From an uncultured delta proteobacterium (lineage in GTDB: Bacteria > Bdellovibrionota > FAC87 > UBA2466): 64,000 bases of DNA. Each line of letters begins with the position of its first letter. Positions within the stretch are counted from its first letter, which is position 1. Made by a program: the position numbers and the translations under genes. Location: assembly GCA_963778115.1 (NCBI GenBank), contig CAVZSV010000004.1, positions 2,272,001-2,336,000 on the forward strand. Reading direction: 5' to 3'. This document shows, one piece after another, positions 28,308 through 37,534 of the stretch. The notes under the pieces are model-generated. The model searched no databases. It was not told the DNA's origin and saw only the letters and a program-made list of their open reading frames with translations.

Positions 28308-29777
28308 ATGATCCGGTTTTTCATGGTTCTTGTATTAGTAATGGGTTTTCTGCCGGTGGTGTGGGCAGCAGACTCGGCAGACCCGGCGCTCAGTAAGCTC
28401 AAGAGAACGATAGACGGGGTCATCTCCCCTTCCAAATTGAAATATCTCGAAGCGGGAGTTTACGCTTACTCTCTCGACAAGAATCAGCCTCTCTACGAGT
28501 ACAATGCGGATCAAAAGTTAATTCCGGCGTCCGTGAATAAGGTATTCACCGCCTATACCGCACTAAAAAAACTAAAACCCAATGCCACTTTTAAGACCTA
28601 TCTCTATCGGACGGGAAGTATCAAAGAAGGCCGACTTCAAGGAGACCTCTATCTAAAAGGCGGGGGCGATCCCAGCTTTGTTTCGGAACGACTGTGGATG
28701 TTCGTGAATGAAATGATGAGGTCGGGAATTCGAACGGTGGGCGGCGATGTCTACGTGGACTCCTCTTTCTTTGATTCGGAAAACACCCCTCAGTCTCGTC
28801 CCAAGTATCTCAAAGACCAGGCTTATAACGCGCCGATAGGGGCTCTGTCGTTCAATTTTAATACCACGACCATCTACGTTCGCCCCGGCGAATCCCCCGG
28901 AGACCAACCCATCGTTTATACCGATCCACAAAACTCCTATATCGATGTTGTGAATCAGGCCAAAACAGGAAAAGCCGGCTCTTCGAACTCTATTACGGTA
29001 AGTCGAACCAGTTTTGTAAAGGGAGACATCGGAGACACCATTCTCTTACGGGGAAGCATTCCCTCGGATCAGAAGGAGCTTCGGTTTTATCGAAATATCG
29101 TCAACCCGGGACTTTATGCAGGGGCTATGTTCAAGACGTTTTGCGAGGACAGGGGAATAAAGATCGAAGGCAGTATCAAAGAAGCTTTAGTTCCTTCCAA
29201 CGCCAAACAAATTTTGGAATTTGAATCGCTTCCTCTTTGGCAAGTGGTGTGGGGAATGAATAAGTTTAGCAACAATTTCACAGCGGACATGATTATGAAA
29301 AAAGTCGGCGCCGATCTTTGGGGGCCGCCTGGAACTTTAGCCAAAGGGCTTTCGGCCATGGAAGATGCCCTGGAGGATATCGGTATTCCCCGTAAGTCTT
29401 ACAATATTGTGGATGGCAGCGGACTAACTCGCAACACACGAGTCACGGCACGACAAATTGTGACGGTCCTTAAGGCGGCCCAAAAAGATTTTTCTACTTC
29501 TCCCGAATTTGTGGCTTCGCTCGGAATTGGCGGTGAGGACGGAACGTTACGCAATCGCTTTCCCAGTATGGCGGGCCACCCTATGGTTCGCGCGAAAACG
29601 GGAACTTTAGACGGAGTGACAGCGCTTGCCGGTTTCGTCCAAAACGAAGATGGGGAGAGAATCGTTTTTGCCGTGTTGCTCAATGATCCCAAAGAAAAAT
29701 ACGGAAGAATGGCCGGCTGGGCAGATCAGATTGCAACCGCGCTTTCTCGTTTTTCGCGAACCAAAACGACAGACTGA
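28308..29777 (+). CDS. dacB: D-Ala-D-Ala carboxypeptidase/endopeptidase (PBP4, S13)
   Basis: Signal peptide; SVNK, GGGDP, SNN, DGSGL, KTGTL. Confidence 0.93.
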   Translation: MIRFFMVLVLVMGFLPVVWAADSADPALSKLKRTIDGVISPSKLKYLEAGVYAYSLDKNQPLYEYNADQKLIPASVNKVFTAYTALKKLKPNATFKTYLYRTGSIKEGRLQGDLYLKGGGDPSFVSERLWMFVNEMMRSGIRTVGGDVYVDSSFFDSENTPQSRPKYLKDQAYNAPIGALSFNFNTTTIYVRPGESPGDQPIVYTDPQNSYIDVVNQAKTGKAGSSNSITVSRTSFVKGDIGDTILLRGSIPSDQKELRFYRNIVNPGLYAGAMFKTFCEDRGIKIEGSIKEALVPSNAKQILEFESLPLWQVVWGMNKFSNNFTADMIMKKVGADLWGPPGTLAKGLSAMEDALEDIGIPRKSYNIVDGSGLTRNTRVTARQIVTVLKAAQKDFSTSPEFVASLGIGGEDGTLRNRFPSMAGHPMVRAKTGTLDGVTALAGFVQNEDGERIVFAVLLNDPKEKYGRMAGWADQIATALSRFSRTKTTD

Positions 29778-29786
29778 CGAGGACAA

Positions 29787-31145
29787 ATGAAAACGGGTTG
29801 GGGATTTTGGTTAGGGTGTCTTATTGTATTTTGCACGCCCTCTTATGGGATTCTTCCTCTCCCTTATTCTCTCGACACCGTGGACGAGACGCCGCCTAGT
29901 TGGGCTGAAGGCTTTAGTCCAAGAGGGGTTCAAGCCTACAACGACCTTTATACCGCAAGTCAGCTTCGGGAAATGGAGCTTCCGAACTTCAATAACGGAA
30001 CTTCCGTTTTGGGTTACACTTCCGACACTTTTGCGGTTCCTCCCGAACTTAGAGAGAGGGTCGAATTTTGGAAAAAAATATACACTCAATACACGAGTAC
30101 TCAGGCGCTGTTACACGACGCTGAATATCCCAACGTGATCTATGAGGTCGTGGATATTTCGGATTTAGTGGGAGATGAATCCATTCCGTACCGCAAGCGG
30201 GTCCGATCCTTAGCTCGTTTTTTAAAAGCGAAAAAAGAAGTGATTCAAGCCCAGCTCAGGCAATTGCAAACGCTTTCGGCCAACCCAGTCGAAATTCCTG
30301 TCGATCTTTTTCCTCTCTTTAAGCAGTTTGAGTTCATTAAGGATCCGGACAAGTTTAAAGCGGCGGCGGGCAGAGTAAGAGCGCAGGTCGGCCAACGCGA
30401 TCGTATCGTACAGGGGTTTCTCTATGGCGGACGCTATTACACAAGAATGATGGATATCTTCGCTCACGAAAACCTCCCGAAAGAGTTAACCAGGCTGACG
30501 CTTGTCGAATCGGCATTTAACTTGGCGGCGCGATCTAAAGTGGGAGCTTCAGGAGTATGGCAATTCATGCGCTCCACGGGGAAACTTTACTTAACGATTA
30601 ATCGTTCCATCGATGAGAGAAATGATCCTTTGGCGGCAACGTGGGCCGCGGCCCAACTACTCAAAGGCAATTACCAGGCTTTGGGCTCCTGGCCCTTGGC
30701 GATTACCGCCTATAACCACGGCCGCGAAGGGATGGCGCGAGCGGTAAGAATATTAGCCACCAATGATCTTTCCGAGATTATCCACAATTACAAGGCGAGA
30801 ACCTTCGGTTTTGCCTCCTCGAATTTCTTTAGCGAGTTTTTAGCGGTATTGGAAGTAGAGCGAGAGTATCGAAAATATTTCGGGAAGCTTTTAGTTGACC
30901 CACCCATTCAGTTCGAAGAGTACACGGTTGGCGACAACGTCAAGATTGATACCGTAGCGGAAGCCTGCAAAGTAAAACGAGAGACGATTGTGGCATTGAA
31001 TCCCGCTTTTACCGATTGGGTCGTTTCCGGAAGAGGGCCTATTCCCAAAGGGTACTCGGTTAAAGTTCCGCCAGAAAGTTTAGGACAGTGTAAATCCAAT
31101 CTTGTGGGGAAGGACATTTCTTCGGCCTCCGCAACCAGGAGCTAA
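29787..31145 (+). CDS. Lytic transglycosylase, SLT/MltD-like
   Basis: VESAFN (catalytic Glu), GVWQFM, DERNDP, AYNHG; LysM-like C-terminus. Confidence 0.88.
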   Translation: MKTGWGFWLGCLIVFCTPSYGILPLPYSLDTVDETPPSWAEGFSPRGVQAYNDLYTASQLREMELPNFNNGTSVLGYTSDTFAVPPELRERVEFWKKIYTQYTSTQALLHDAEYPNVIYEVVDISDLVGDESIPYRKRVRSLARFLKAKKEVIQAQLRQLQTLSANPVEIPVDLFPLFKQFEFIKDPDKFKAAAGRVRAQVGQRDRIVQGFLYGGRYYTRMMDIFAHENLPKELTRLTLVESAFNLAARSKVGASGVWQFMRSTGKLYLTINRSIDERNDPLAATWAAAQLLKGNYQALGSWPLAITAYNHGREGMARAVRILATNDLSEIIHNYKARTFGFASSNFFSEFLAVLEVEREYRKYFGKLLVDPPIQFEEYTVGDNVKIDTVAEACKVKRETIVALNPAFTDWVVSGRGPIPKGYSVKVPPESLGQCKSNLVGKDISSASATRS

Positions 31146-31148
31146 CGC

Positions 31149-32315
31149 GTGGAATTTGGTCTTGAAGTTTTTCTAAAGAACTCCCGTAAATATAAGGGAA
31201 TGAGACTGGGGGTGGTATGTAACCAAGCCTCGGTGAATCGCGAACTGAAGCACGTCTCTGAGCTGGTGCTCGCCGCCAAGGGGCTGGAGGTCACCTGCTT
31301 TTTTGGACCCCAGCACGGGATCAGGGGCGAAAAACAGGACAATATGGTGGAATCGGATGATTTCATCGATCCTGTCTCCGGTCTTCCTGTTTATAGCCTG
31401 TATGGAACTTCGCGTGAGCCATCCGATACGTCGTTGTTAGCCTTGGACGGATTTCTGATCGACATGCAAGATGTCGGAACTCGCATCTACACTTTCATGT
31501 ATACGATGGCCAACTGCATGAAAGCGGCCAAGCGGCACGGCAAAAAAGTCATCGTCTTGGATAGGCCCAACCCGATCAATGGGATCCACACAGAGGGGAA
31601 TGTTTTGGATCCTAATTTTGCCTCATTCGTGGGGCAGTATCCTATTTCTACTCGTCATGGAATGACGATGGGGGAGTTGGCGCTGCTATTTAATGATGCC
31701 TTCGCAATTGGCTGCGACCTTACCGTAGTTTCGATGAAAGGCTACTCGCGAAAACAATATTGGGAAGACCTTAAGCGAGAATGGGTGGTCCCCTCTCCTA
31801 ATATTCCGACACCACTTTCAGCTTTAGTCTTTCCCGCGACGGTCGCCATTGAGGGAACGTTACTTTCCGAAGGCCGAGGGACAACGCATCCTTTCGAATG
31901 GGTCGGAGCTCCTTACATCAATCCAGACGCATTAGGAGCCGAGATGGCTCGGATGAAACTGCCCGGGGTATATTTTAGGCCTATTTTTTTCCAGCCGACT
32001 TATCAGAAGGGTAAGGATCAGGTGTGTGGAGGGGTTCAGATCCATGTGACGGATCGGAAAAAATTCAAGCCCTTTGTCGCAGGGGTTAGGCTCATCGCCA
32101 AGATCGCTGAACTCTATCCCAAAGACTTTGCGTGGAAAAAGCCGCCCTACGAATACGAATACGAGAAAATGCCGATAGATCTCATTGCAGGGACATCGGC
32201 GTTCCGCGAAGCGGTTGATGCTCGAAAAGGAACTCGAGCTTTTGAAGAGATGGCCGAGGAGCAACTCGAAACGTTTCGTAAGCTACGTAAAAAGTATCTT
32301 TTATATAAGGTCTAA
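31149..32315 (+). CDS. namZ: Exo-beta-N-acetylmuramidase NamZ family (DUF1343)
   Basis: GPQHG, DMQDVGTRIYT, LDRPNP, RHGMTMGE, PSPN, SEGRGT. Confidence 0.9.
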   Translation: MEFGLEVFLKNSRKYKGMRLGVVCNQASVNRELKHVSELVLAAKGLEVTCFFGPQHGIRGEKQDNMVESDDFIDPVSGLPVYSLYGTSREPSDTSLLALDGFLIDMQDVGTRIYTFMYTMANCMKAAKRHGKKVIVLDRPNPINGIHTEGNVLDPNFASFVGQYPISTRHGMTMGELALLFNDAFAIGCDLTVVSMKGYSRKQYWEDLKREWVVPSPNIPTPLSALVFPATVAIEGTLLSEGRGTTHPFEWVGAPYINPDALGAEMARMKLPGVYFRPIFFQPTYQKGKDQVCGGVQIHVTDRKKFKPFVAGVRLIAKIAELYPKDFAWKKPPYEYEYEKMPIDLIAGTSAFREAVDARKGTRAFEEMAEEQLETFRKLRKKYLLYKV

Positions 32316-32330
32316 TGTTAATTTTCCTCC

Positions 32331-32810
32331 ATGGCTGAAGGAAAAACACGCAGAAAAGCCCCCGAGTTTTCGCTCCCCGATGATAAAGGGAAAATCCGAA
32401 CCCTTGGGGAATTCACTGAAAAGGGGCCATGTTTAGTTGTGTTTTATCCTGGCGATTTCACTCCCGTCTGCACTAAGCAATTGTGTAATTACCGCGATGC
32501 GCTTCCGAACTTTTCTGAGTATGGTGTTCAGGTAGTAGGCATTAGCAAAAACGATTCTGAATCCCATGCCAGATTCAAGCAGCAGTATGGATTTACCTTT
32601 CCCCTGCTCACCGACAAAGCAAACCAAGTCGCCCGCGACTTTGGCTGTGTCTCTAAACTACTTCTGGGGTTAGTGAGTCGGGGAATATTCTTAGTCGATA
32701 CCAAAGGTTTTATCGTCTACGAACATGTCGAGATGACCCCCATTACTCGTAGGAAATCCGATGAATTGTTGGATGTGATTAAAGAGTTCAAGGCGAGTCA
32801 GGCTCTATAG
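32331..32810 (+). CDS. bcp: Peroxiredoxin, BCP/PrxQ family
   Basis: FYPGDFTPVCTKQLC. Confidence 0.9.
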   Translation: MAEGKTRRKAPEFSLPDDKGKIRTLGEFTEKGPCLVVFYPGDFTPVCTKQLCNYRDALPNFSEYGVQVVGISKNDSESHARFKQQYGFTFPLLTDKANQVARDFGCVSKLLLGLVSRGIFLVDTKGFIVYEHVEMTPITRRKSDELLDVIKEFKASQAL

Positions 32811-32830
32811 CGAAGCCTTCATTGGGAGGA

Positions 32831-33676
32831 CTACCCAACCAAATACATTTTCGCCTCTCCAATAACCCGATACCCCACTTCCTGGTAGATGCGGTTAGAC
32901 GTTGGATTGCCTTCATCGGTGTAAAGCACACAAAACCGTTTTCCAAAATTCAAAGCATGTTGGCTTACCCAAGCGACTAGGTTGCCAGCGTATCCGTGTC
33001 GCCGATGCTCGTGGGGCGTATAGACCATCGAAACACGTACCCCATTTGCCGTGGGACCAGAGAGGCAAGCGCATGAGACAGGCTCTCCGCTTTTTTCCCA
33101 AAGAAAGAGATCCTCGGCTTCTATCACACGAGGGACGGCTTCGCGGAAACGTTCGTTGGCCGTGGGATCTTCGGAAACCGCTTCTTTGGCGAAAGAAGCC
33201 ATCCATTTTTCGACAAGGGGAGCGTGCTCCATTTTTGCCAATATCGCTTTGCCTTCGGTTGGCGCGGGCGGATTTACTTTTCTAAGTTCATAGATCTTCT
33301 GGTGCATGATGAGCCGAGGAACGGTTCCGGATTTTTTTTTCCATTCGTTTACAAAGGGTTCAACGGTCGCAGAAGGGCCTACGATGCGGGAGAGGACGAT
33401 GCCTCTTTCGTAAAGCGCTTGGGCGAGTTGGGTAATCTGTCCCTCGGTCGCCGAAGTCAGGAGCAATCCATGAGCGGAATTTTTTATCGCTGCCGCGACC
33501 GTTCGGTTATCCGATTGAATGCGGATAAAGAGCGGAGCCGTGCGTTCTAAACGTCTTCCTGAGGCGATGGCGGAGCAGATTCCCCAGATGATGCTGTTTA
33601 GCGCTTCGTTCTTTGAAAACAGGGGCTCGCAGTGATTGAGAAAGCGGGCAGCGTTTTTTTCGAAGAGGATTTTCAT
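32831..33676 (-). CDS. GNAT family N-acetyltransferase
   Basis: VYTPHEHRRHGYA motif A; LYTDEGNPTSNRIYQEVGY. Confidence 0.9.
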   Translation of the reverse strand: MKILFEKNAARFLNHCEPLFSKNEALNSIIWGICSAIASGRRLERTAPLFIRIQSDNRTVAAAIKNSAHGLLLTSATEGQITQLAQALYERGIVLSRIVGPSATVEPFVNEWKKKSGTVPRLIMHQKIYELRKVNPPAPTEGKAILAKMEHAPLVEKWMASFAKEAVSEDPTANERFREAVPRVIEAEDLFLWEKSGEPVSCACLSGPTANGVRVSMVYTPHEHRRHGYAGNLVAWVSQHALNFGKRFCVLYTDEGNPTSNRIYQEVGYRVIGEAKMYLVG

Positions 33677-33702
33677 GGGGGAGTTGAACGCTCTAGGTTA
33701 GG

Positions 33703-33727
33703 ATTAATCTTGAGATTAATACTTAAG
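33703..33727. repeat. AT-rich palindrome ATTAATCT-TG-AGATTAAT; second copy at 53159
   Basis: Perfect 8-2-8 inverted repeat; 33704-33727 matches 53159-53182 at 22/24 nt. Confidence 0.55.
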
Positions 33728-33731
33728 CATC

Positions 33732-33752
33732 TATTTCGCCGAAGGCGAAATA
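33732..33752 (-). terminator. Hairpin directly 3' of tRNA-Ala
   Basis: TATTTCGCC-GAA-GGCGAAATA; no clear U-tract, so terminator role uncertain. Confidence 0.45.
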
Positions 33753-33754
33753 AA

Positions 33755-33827
33755 TGGACCGGATGGGGATCGAACCCACGACCCCGGCATTGCGAACGCC
33801 GTGCTCTCCCAACTGAGCTACCGGCCC
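33755..33827 (-). tRNA. tRNA-Ala, anticodon CGC; CCA not encoded
   Basis: GGGCCGGTAGCTCAGTTGGGAGAGCACGGCGTTCGCAATGCCGGGGTCGTGGGTTCGATCCCCATCCGGTCCA; G3:U70 pair, TTCGA T-loop. Confidence 0.97.
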
Positions 33828-33981
33828 GTTGAGCGATGAAGGTACCATCCCCCTTTAGTTTGAGCAACCCTACATTGGCCTACATTTGGTCCCGCCTTTT
33901 AATGGACTAAAGGAGCATTGCTCGGCAAATCCGTTGGAAATGCGTCAAAAACGTCAGTATAGTCGCCCCTTGGGAGGTGGC

Positions 33982-35325
33982 ATGGAAGAGATCGCAGAAA
34001 TCTTTAGGCGCCCGACACGCGTTCGTCGAAATCGTAGTATTGGAATTGAACTTGAGCGTATCGGAATGTGGCCAAATGGTGATGCCCTTCATTACCACGA
34101 GTATGCGACTAAAGAAGGGGTTCGACACGGCGCCGAGCAGCTTCTATTGGATCTTCACGAGACGACCGGGTGGCCCGTTGTCCTAAGCGCTCTAAAACGT
34201 CCCATTGGTATCGCTTCTTCCGAAGGGAAGGTTTCATTGGAGCCAGGGAGCCAGTTGGAACTCTCCACGGAGCCTTTACCTCACATCGATGCTCTGGTGG
34301 AGAGTTCATGCTTTTACGAACGTCAGGTTAATAAGATCACAGGCCCCTGGGGGCTAAAGTGGATAGGGCTCGGCCTGAATCCCACTAACAGAGTTGATGA
34401 GATCGATGTGATTCCGGCTCCTCGCTACCATTACATGACCGATTATTTAGGGAAACGCGGACGCTTGGCTACGCGGATGATGCGACTGACTTCCTCAGTT
34501 CAAATAAACCTAGACTACCAGTCCGAAGAAGAGGGCATGGAGATGCTGCGAGCGGGCTTACTCTTAGCCCCATTGTCGTATGCCCTATTTGGCAATTCAC
34601 CGTTCTCGGAGGGAAAGCGTTCCGAATTTCTCTCAGCACGAGGAGAGATTTGGCAGCAAACCGATCCCGACCGAACGGGGTTGTTATCCGCCGTTTTCGA
34701 GGACTCCTTTAATTTTGATAGCTATGCGAAGCTGGTTTGGGAGTGCCCCTTAATGTTCGCTCAAGATGAGCAAGGGGAATATGTTCCTGCTAATGGGCTC
34801 TCCCTCGCCGATATTTCAAAGGGAAAACTTCCCGGAGCGATCGTCGACGGCAATAATCGCATGAACGCAATCCGAGAGATCTTCACGGAAGCCAGACTGA
34901 AACCTGGTTACGTGGAAATTCGCTCTGTAGACGGGCAACGCCCCGATATGAGATTTGCTTCGACGGCATTCTGGGTCGGGGTCCTCTATTCGGCGCCGGC
35001 TCGACAGTGGGTGCTCGAGAACATAGGAAAGATTCCTTCCGAAAATCGAGATCGTTGGATGGATGAAGCCATACGACACGGGTTGGAAGCCAAAGTTTCG
35101 GGAATCGATACGGCCGGGATCGCTCAGACGGTTTTCTCCTTGGCCAGAGAAGGGCTGATTGAACGCGCTTTCGGAGAAGCTCAATATCTTAAGCCGCTAG
35201 AAGCGATGATAAAGGCAAGAACGAACCCGGCTCAGGTGGTGCTCAAGAAATTCGAGACACAATGGCAAGGCAATTGGTCGAAGTTAGTAGAATATTGTAG
35301 TGTGTGCACCGAGGAAACGAGGTGA
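33982..35325 (+). CDS. gshA: Glutamate--cysteine ligase (GCS2 family)
   Basis: IGIELE, SLEPGSQLELS, MMRLTSSVQINLD, NSPF, EARLK...EIRSVD; ATG 33982 follows GGAGG. Confidence 0.85.
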   Translation: MEEIAEIFRRPTRVRRNRSIGIELERIGMWPNGDALHYHEYATKEGVRHGAEQLLLDLHETTGWPVVLSALKRPIGIASSEGKVSLEPGSQLELSTEPLPHIDALVESSCFYERQVNKITGPWGLKWIGLGLNPTNRVDEIDVIPAPRYHYMTDYLGKRGRLATRMMRLTSSVQINLDYQSEEEGMEMLRAGLLLAPLSYALFGNSPFSEGKRSEFLSARGEIWQQTDPDRTGLLSAVFEDSFNFDSYAKLVWECPLMFAQDEQGEYVPANGLSLADISKGKLPGAIVDGNNRMNAIREIFTEARLKPGYVEIRSVDGQRPDMRFASTAFWVGVLYSAPARQWVLENIGKIPSENRDRWMDEAIRHGLEAKVSGIDTAGIAQTVFSLAREGLIERAFGEAQYLKPLEAMIKARTNPAQVVLKKFETQWQGNWSKLVEYCSVCTEETR

Positions 35326-35328
35326 ACT

Positions 35329-35583
35329 ATGATTGAGCTGTATCACGCGGAAGATTGCCCTTATTGCGTTCGGGTGCGGAAATTTTTCGAAGATTCCGCA
35401 GTCTCCTACGTCTCTAAGCCGGTCCCGCTACGCAAAAACTCTCCTATTAAAGAGGAGCTTCTTTCCCTAGGCGGAAAGATTCAGGTCCCCTTTCTGGTCG
35501 ACCCCGCCAAAGGGGTGAAGATGTATGAGAGCATGGACATTATTGAATACGTGAAGAAAAATTATTTAAGCGCGAACGTCTAG
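35329..35583 (+). CDS. Glutaredoxin-like protein
   Basis: CPYC, QVPFLVD, MYES motifs; 84 aa. Confidence 0.88.
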   Translation: MIELYHAEDCPYCVRVRKFFEDSAVSYVSKPVPLRKNSPIKEELLSLGGKIQVPFLVDPAKGVKMYESMDIIEYVKKNYLSANV

Positions 35584-35607
35584 GCAAACGCCACAGGTAC
35601 TGTCTTT

Positions 35608-35658
35608 CGTAGACGTGAACGATTCCCGGTTTTTTTATTCGGATCGTTCACGCTTACG
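35608..35658. terminator. Hairpin between convergent genes, possible bidirectional terminator
   Basis: CGTGAACGAT pairs with ATCGTTCACG; A-run follows on plus strand. Confidence 0.5.
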
Positions 35659-35667
35659 CAAAAAAAC

Positions 35668-37485
35668 CTACTCCGCGAGCGCTCCACCCTCATCCCTAGG
35701 ATCCGAAACGGCCTCCAATTTATCATTGGCATCCCGCCCCACAGCGGTAATTCCGGAATAATTATTCTCGCTTTTGATCTTATATCCCATCGCCGCCAGC
35801 TTATTCTTGGTGTCGTCGGAAAAACCTTCGATGACCAATTCTTCGGGGATCCACTGATGGTGAAACCGGGGAGCGAATACCGCTTTCTTCACACTCTTTA
35901 GTACATAGAGGTCATTAATAATGACCTCAATAACGCTCGAAATGATTCTCGAACCCCCATTTCCCGCTACCGCCAAGACAGGCAGACCGCTCGCCTTGGA
36001 AAGCACTATCGTCGGCATCATGCTGGAGAGAGGGCGTTTTCCCACTTCAATCAAATTACCGCCGCCGGTAACGACACCCCACATGTTTCGCTCTCCCGCT
36101 TTAAGGGTAAAATCGTCCATGGTGTTGTTTAGCGTAATGCCGTAGCCAGGAACGCCGACACTAGCGCCAAAGGGGCCATTGGTACTGATGGTGAGGCTTA
36201 CGGCATTTCCTTGCGCATCCATGACTTCGGCATCGGAGGTGCCTTTAACTCGAGGTCTGACATATTCGCCAGGCCTTATCTTCGCACTTGGAGTCGCCTT
36301 ATCGGCATCCATATGGGCTCGGATCTGCTCGATATACTGAGGCGTCAGCAAAAGCTTATAATCCTTCTTGAAAAAATCCGGATCTCCTATGTACTCGGAT
36401 CGATCCGCGTATCCGCGCTTAAGTGCCTCGGTCACTAAGTGAATGAGGTGGGGAATGTCTTGCGATTCTTTCGCCAGATCGTACGTGGATAGGACGGAAA
36501 GGACTTGAGCCGCGACAACTCCCCCGGAACTAGGCGGGGCAGTACTTACCAGTTCATATTGTCCGAAATCTATTTTCACGGGTGGGGGAAACTTTGTTTT
36601 GTATCGTCTTAAGTCACTGACACTTAGGACACCCCCGCGATCGTCGACAGCCTTGGCAATGGCCGCCGCCATGGGGCCATAGTAGAAGGCCTTTTTCCCG
36701 TGGTCGGCGATTTTAGTAAGTGTCTCGGCTAGATCTTTTTGAACGAGAGATTCCCCTTCCGCGAGAGGTTTTCCGTCCTTAAAAAAGATTTTCGACAAGT
36801 ATGGATCGGTCGCTAAATGTGCTTTTTCCGAAGCAAGCCTATCGGCTAGTGAGGGATAGATCGGAAAGCCCTCATTGGCTAAACGAATCGCCGGTTGCAG
36901 TAACTTCTTCCAAGGAAGTTTCCCCCAGCGGGCATGTAGATCGAACAGACCAGCGACGATTCCTGGAGTGGCCACCGCGAGTCCACCCGTTTGGCTTAGA
37001 TTAAAATCAGGTTCGCCATTCTTGCCCATAAAGAGCGATGCTTTAGCTTTTTTGGGAGCGGTCTCTCTAAAATCGACGAAATAATCTCCCTTAAACTTGG
37101 GGTCCACCAAATGCAGCGTCATGAAGCCGCCGCCGCCGATGCTGACCGAGTATGCTCTTTCCACACACAGGGTAAACGCGGTGGCCACCGCGATATCGAC
37201 CGCATTTCCCCCTTCCTTATGAATCTCCATCCCAGCGTCCGTCGAGTTATGCCCTTCGGAGCTGATTGCGATCTGCGAACCGCTGGCACTACAGCAATCG
37301 GGAGTCCGCTTCCAGCGCTGCAAATCCAGATGGCTGGTGGAAGTCAATTCGTCGATGGACGATGCGGTAGCTGATGTAGAGGCCCTCTGGGGAGTGCTCT
37401 GGCAGCCAAAGAGCAAGAGTGCTGCCGAAGCGACGATGGTTCTGCCAAAAAGCCCTAAACGAAGCGAGCGCAATTGAATATTCAT
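35668..37485 (-). CDS. ggt: Gamma-glutamyltransferase (lipoprotein)
   Basis: LLFGC lipobox, GGNAVD, GGGGF, DFRETAP, YADR..YIGDP, LNNTMDDF, RPLSSM, GGSRI, PRFHHQ, SDPR. Confidence 0.93.
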   Translation of the reverse strand: MNIQLRSLRLGLFGRTIVASAALLLFGCQSTPQRASTSATASSIDELTSTSHLDLQRWKRTPDCCSASGSQIAISSEGHNSTDAGMEIHKEGGNAVDIAVATAFTLCVERAYSVSIGGGGFMTLHLVDPKFKGDYFVDFRETAPKKAKASLFMGKNGEPDFNLSQTGGLAVATPGIVAGLFDLHARWGKLPWKKLLQPAIRLANEGFPIYPSLADRLASEKAHLATDPYLSKIFFKDGKPLAEGESLVQKDLAETLTKIADHGKKAFYYGPMAAAIAKAVDDRGGVLSVSDLRRYKTKFPPPVKIDFGQYELVSTAPPSSGGVVAAQVLSVLSTYDLAKESQDIPHLIHLVTEALKRGYADRSEYIGDPDFFKKDYKLLLTPQYIEQIRAHMDADKATPSAKIRPGEYVRPRVKGTSDAEVMDAQGNAVSLTISTNGPFGASVGVPGYGITLNNTMDDFTLKAGERNMWGVVTGGGNLIEVGKRPLSSMMPTIVLSKASGLPVLAVAGNGGSRIISSVIEVIINDLYVLKSVKKAVFAPRFHHQWIPEELVIEGFSDDTKNKLAAMGYKIKSENNYSGITAVGRDANDKLEAVSDPRDEGGALAE

Positions 37486-37534
37486 GGGCTGGGTATACAC
37501 CAGACGCTATCGTTTGCAAGAAGACGGCGGTAAA

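Noticed and set aside
33755..33827. tRNA-Ala as an integration site for an island
   Set aside because: No integrase nearby and I saw no duplicate of the tRNA 3' end in the window
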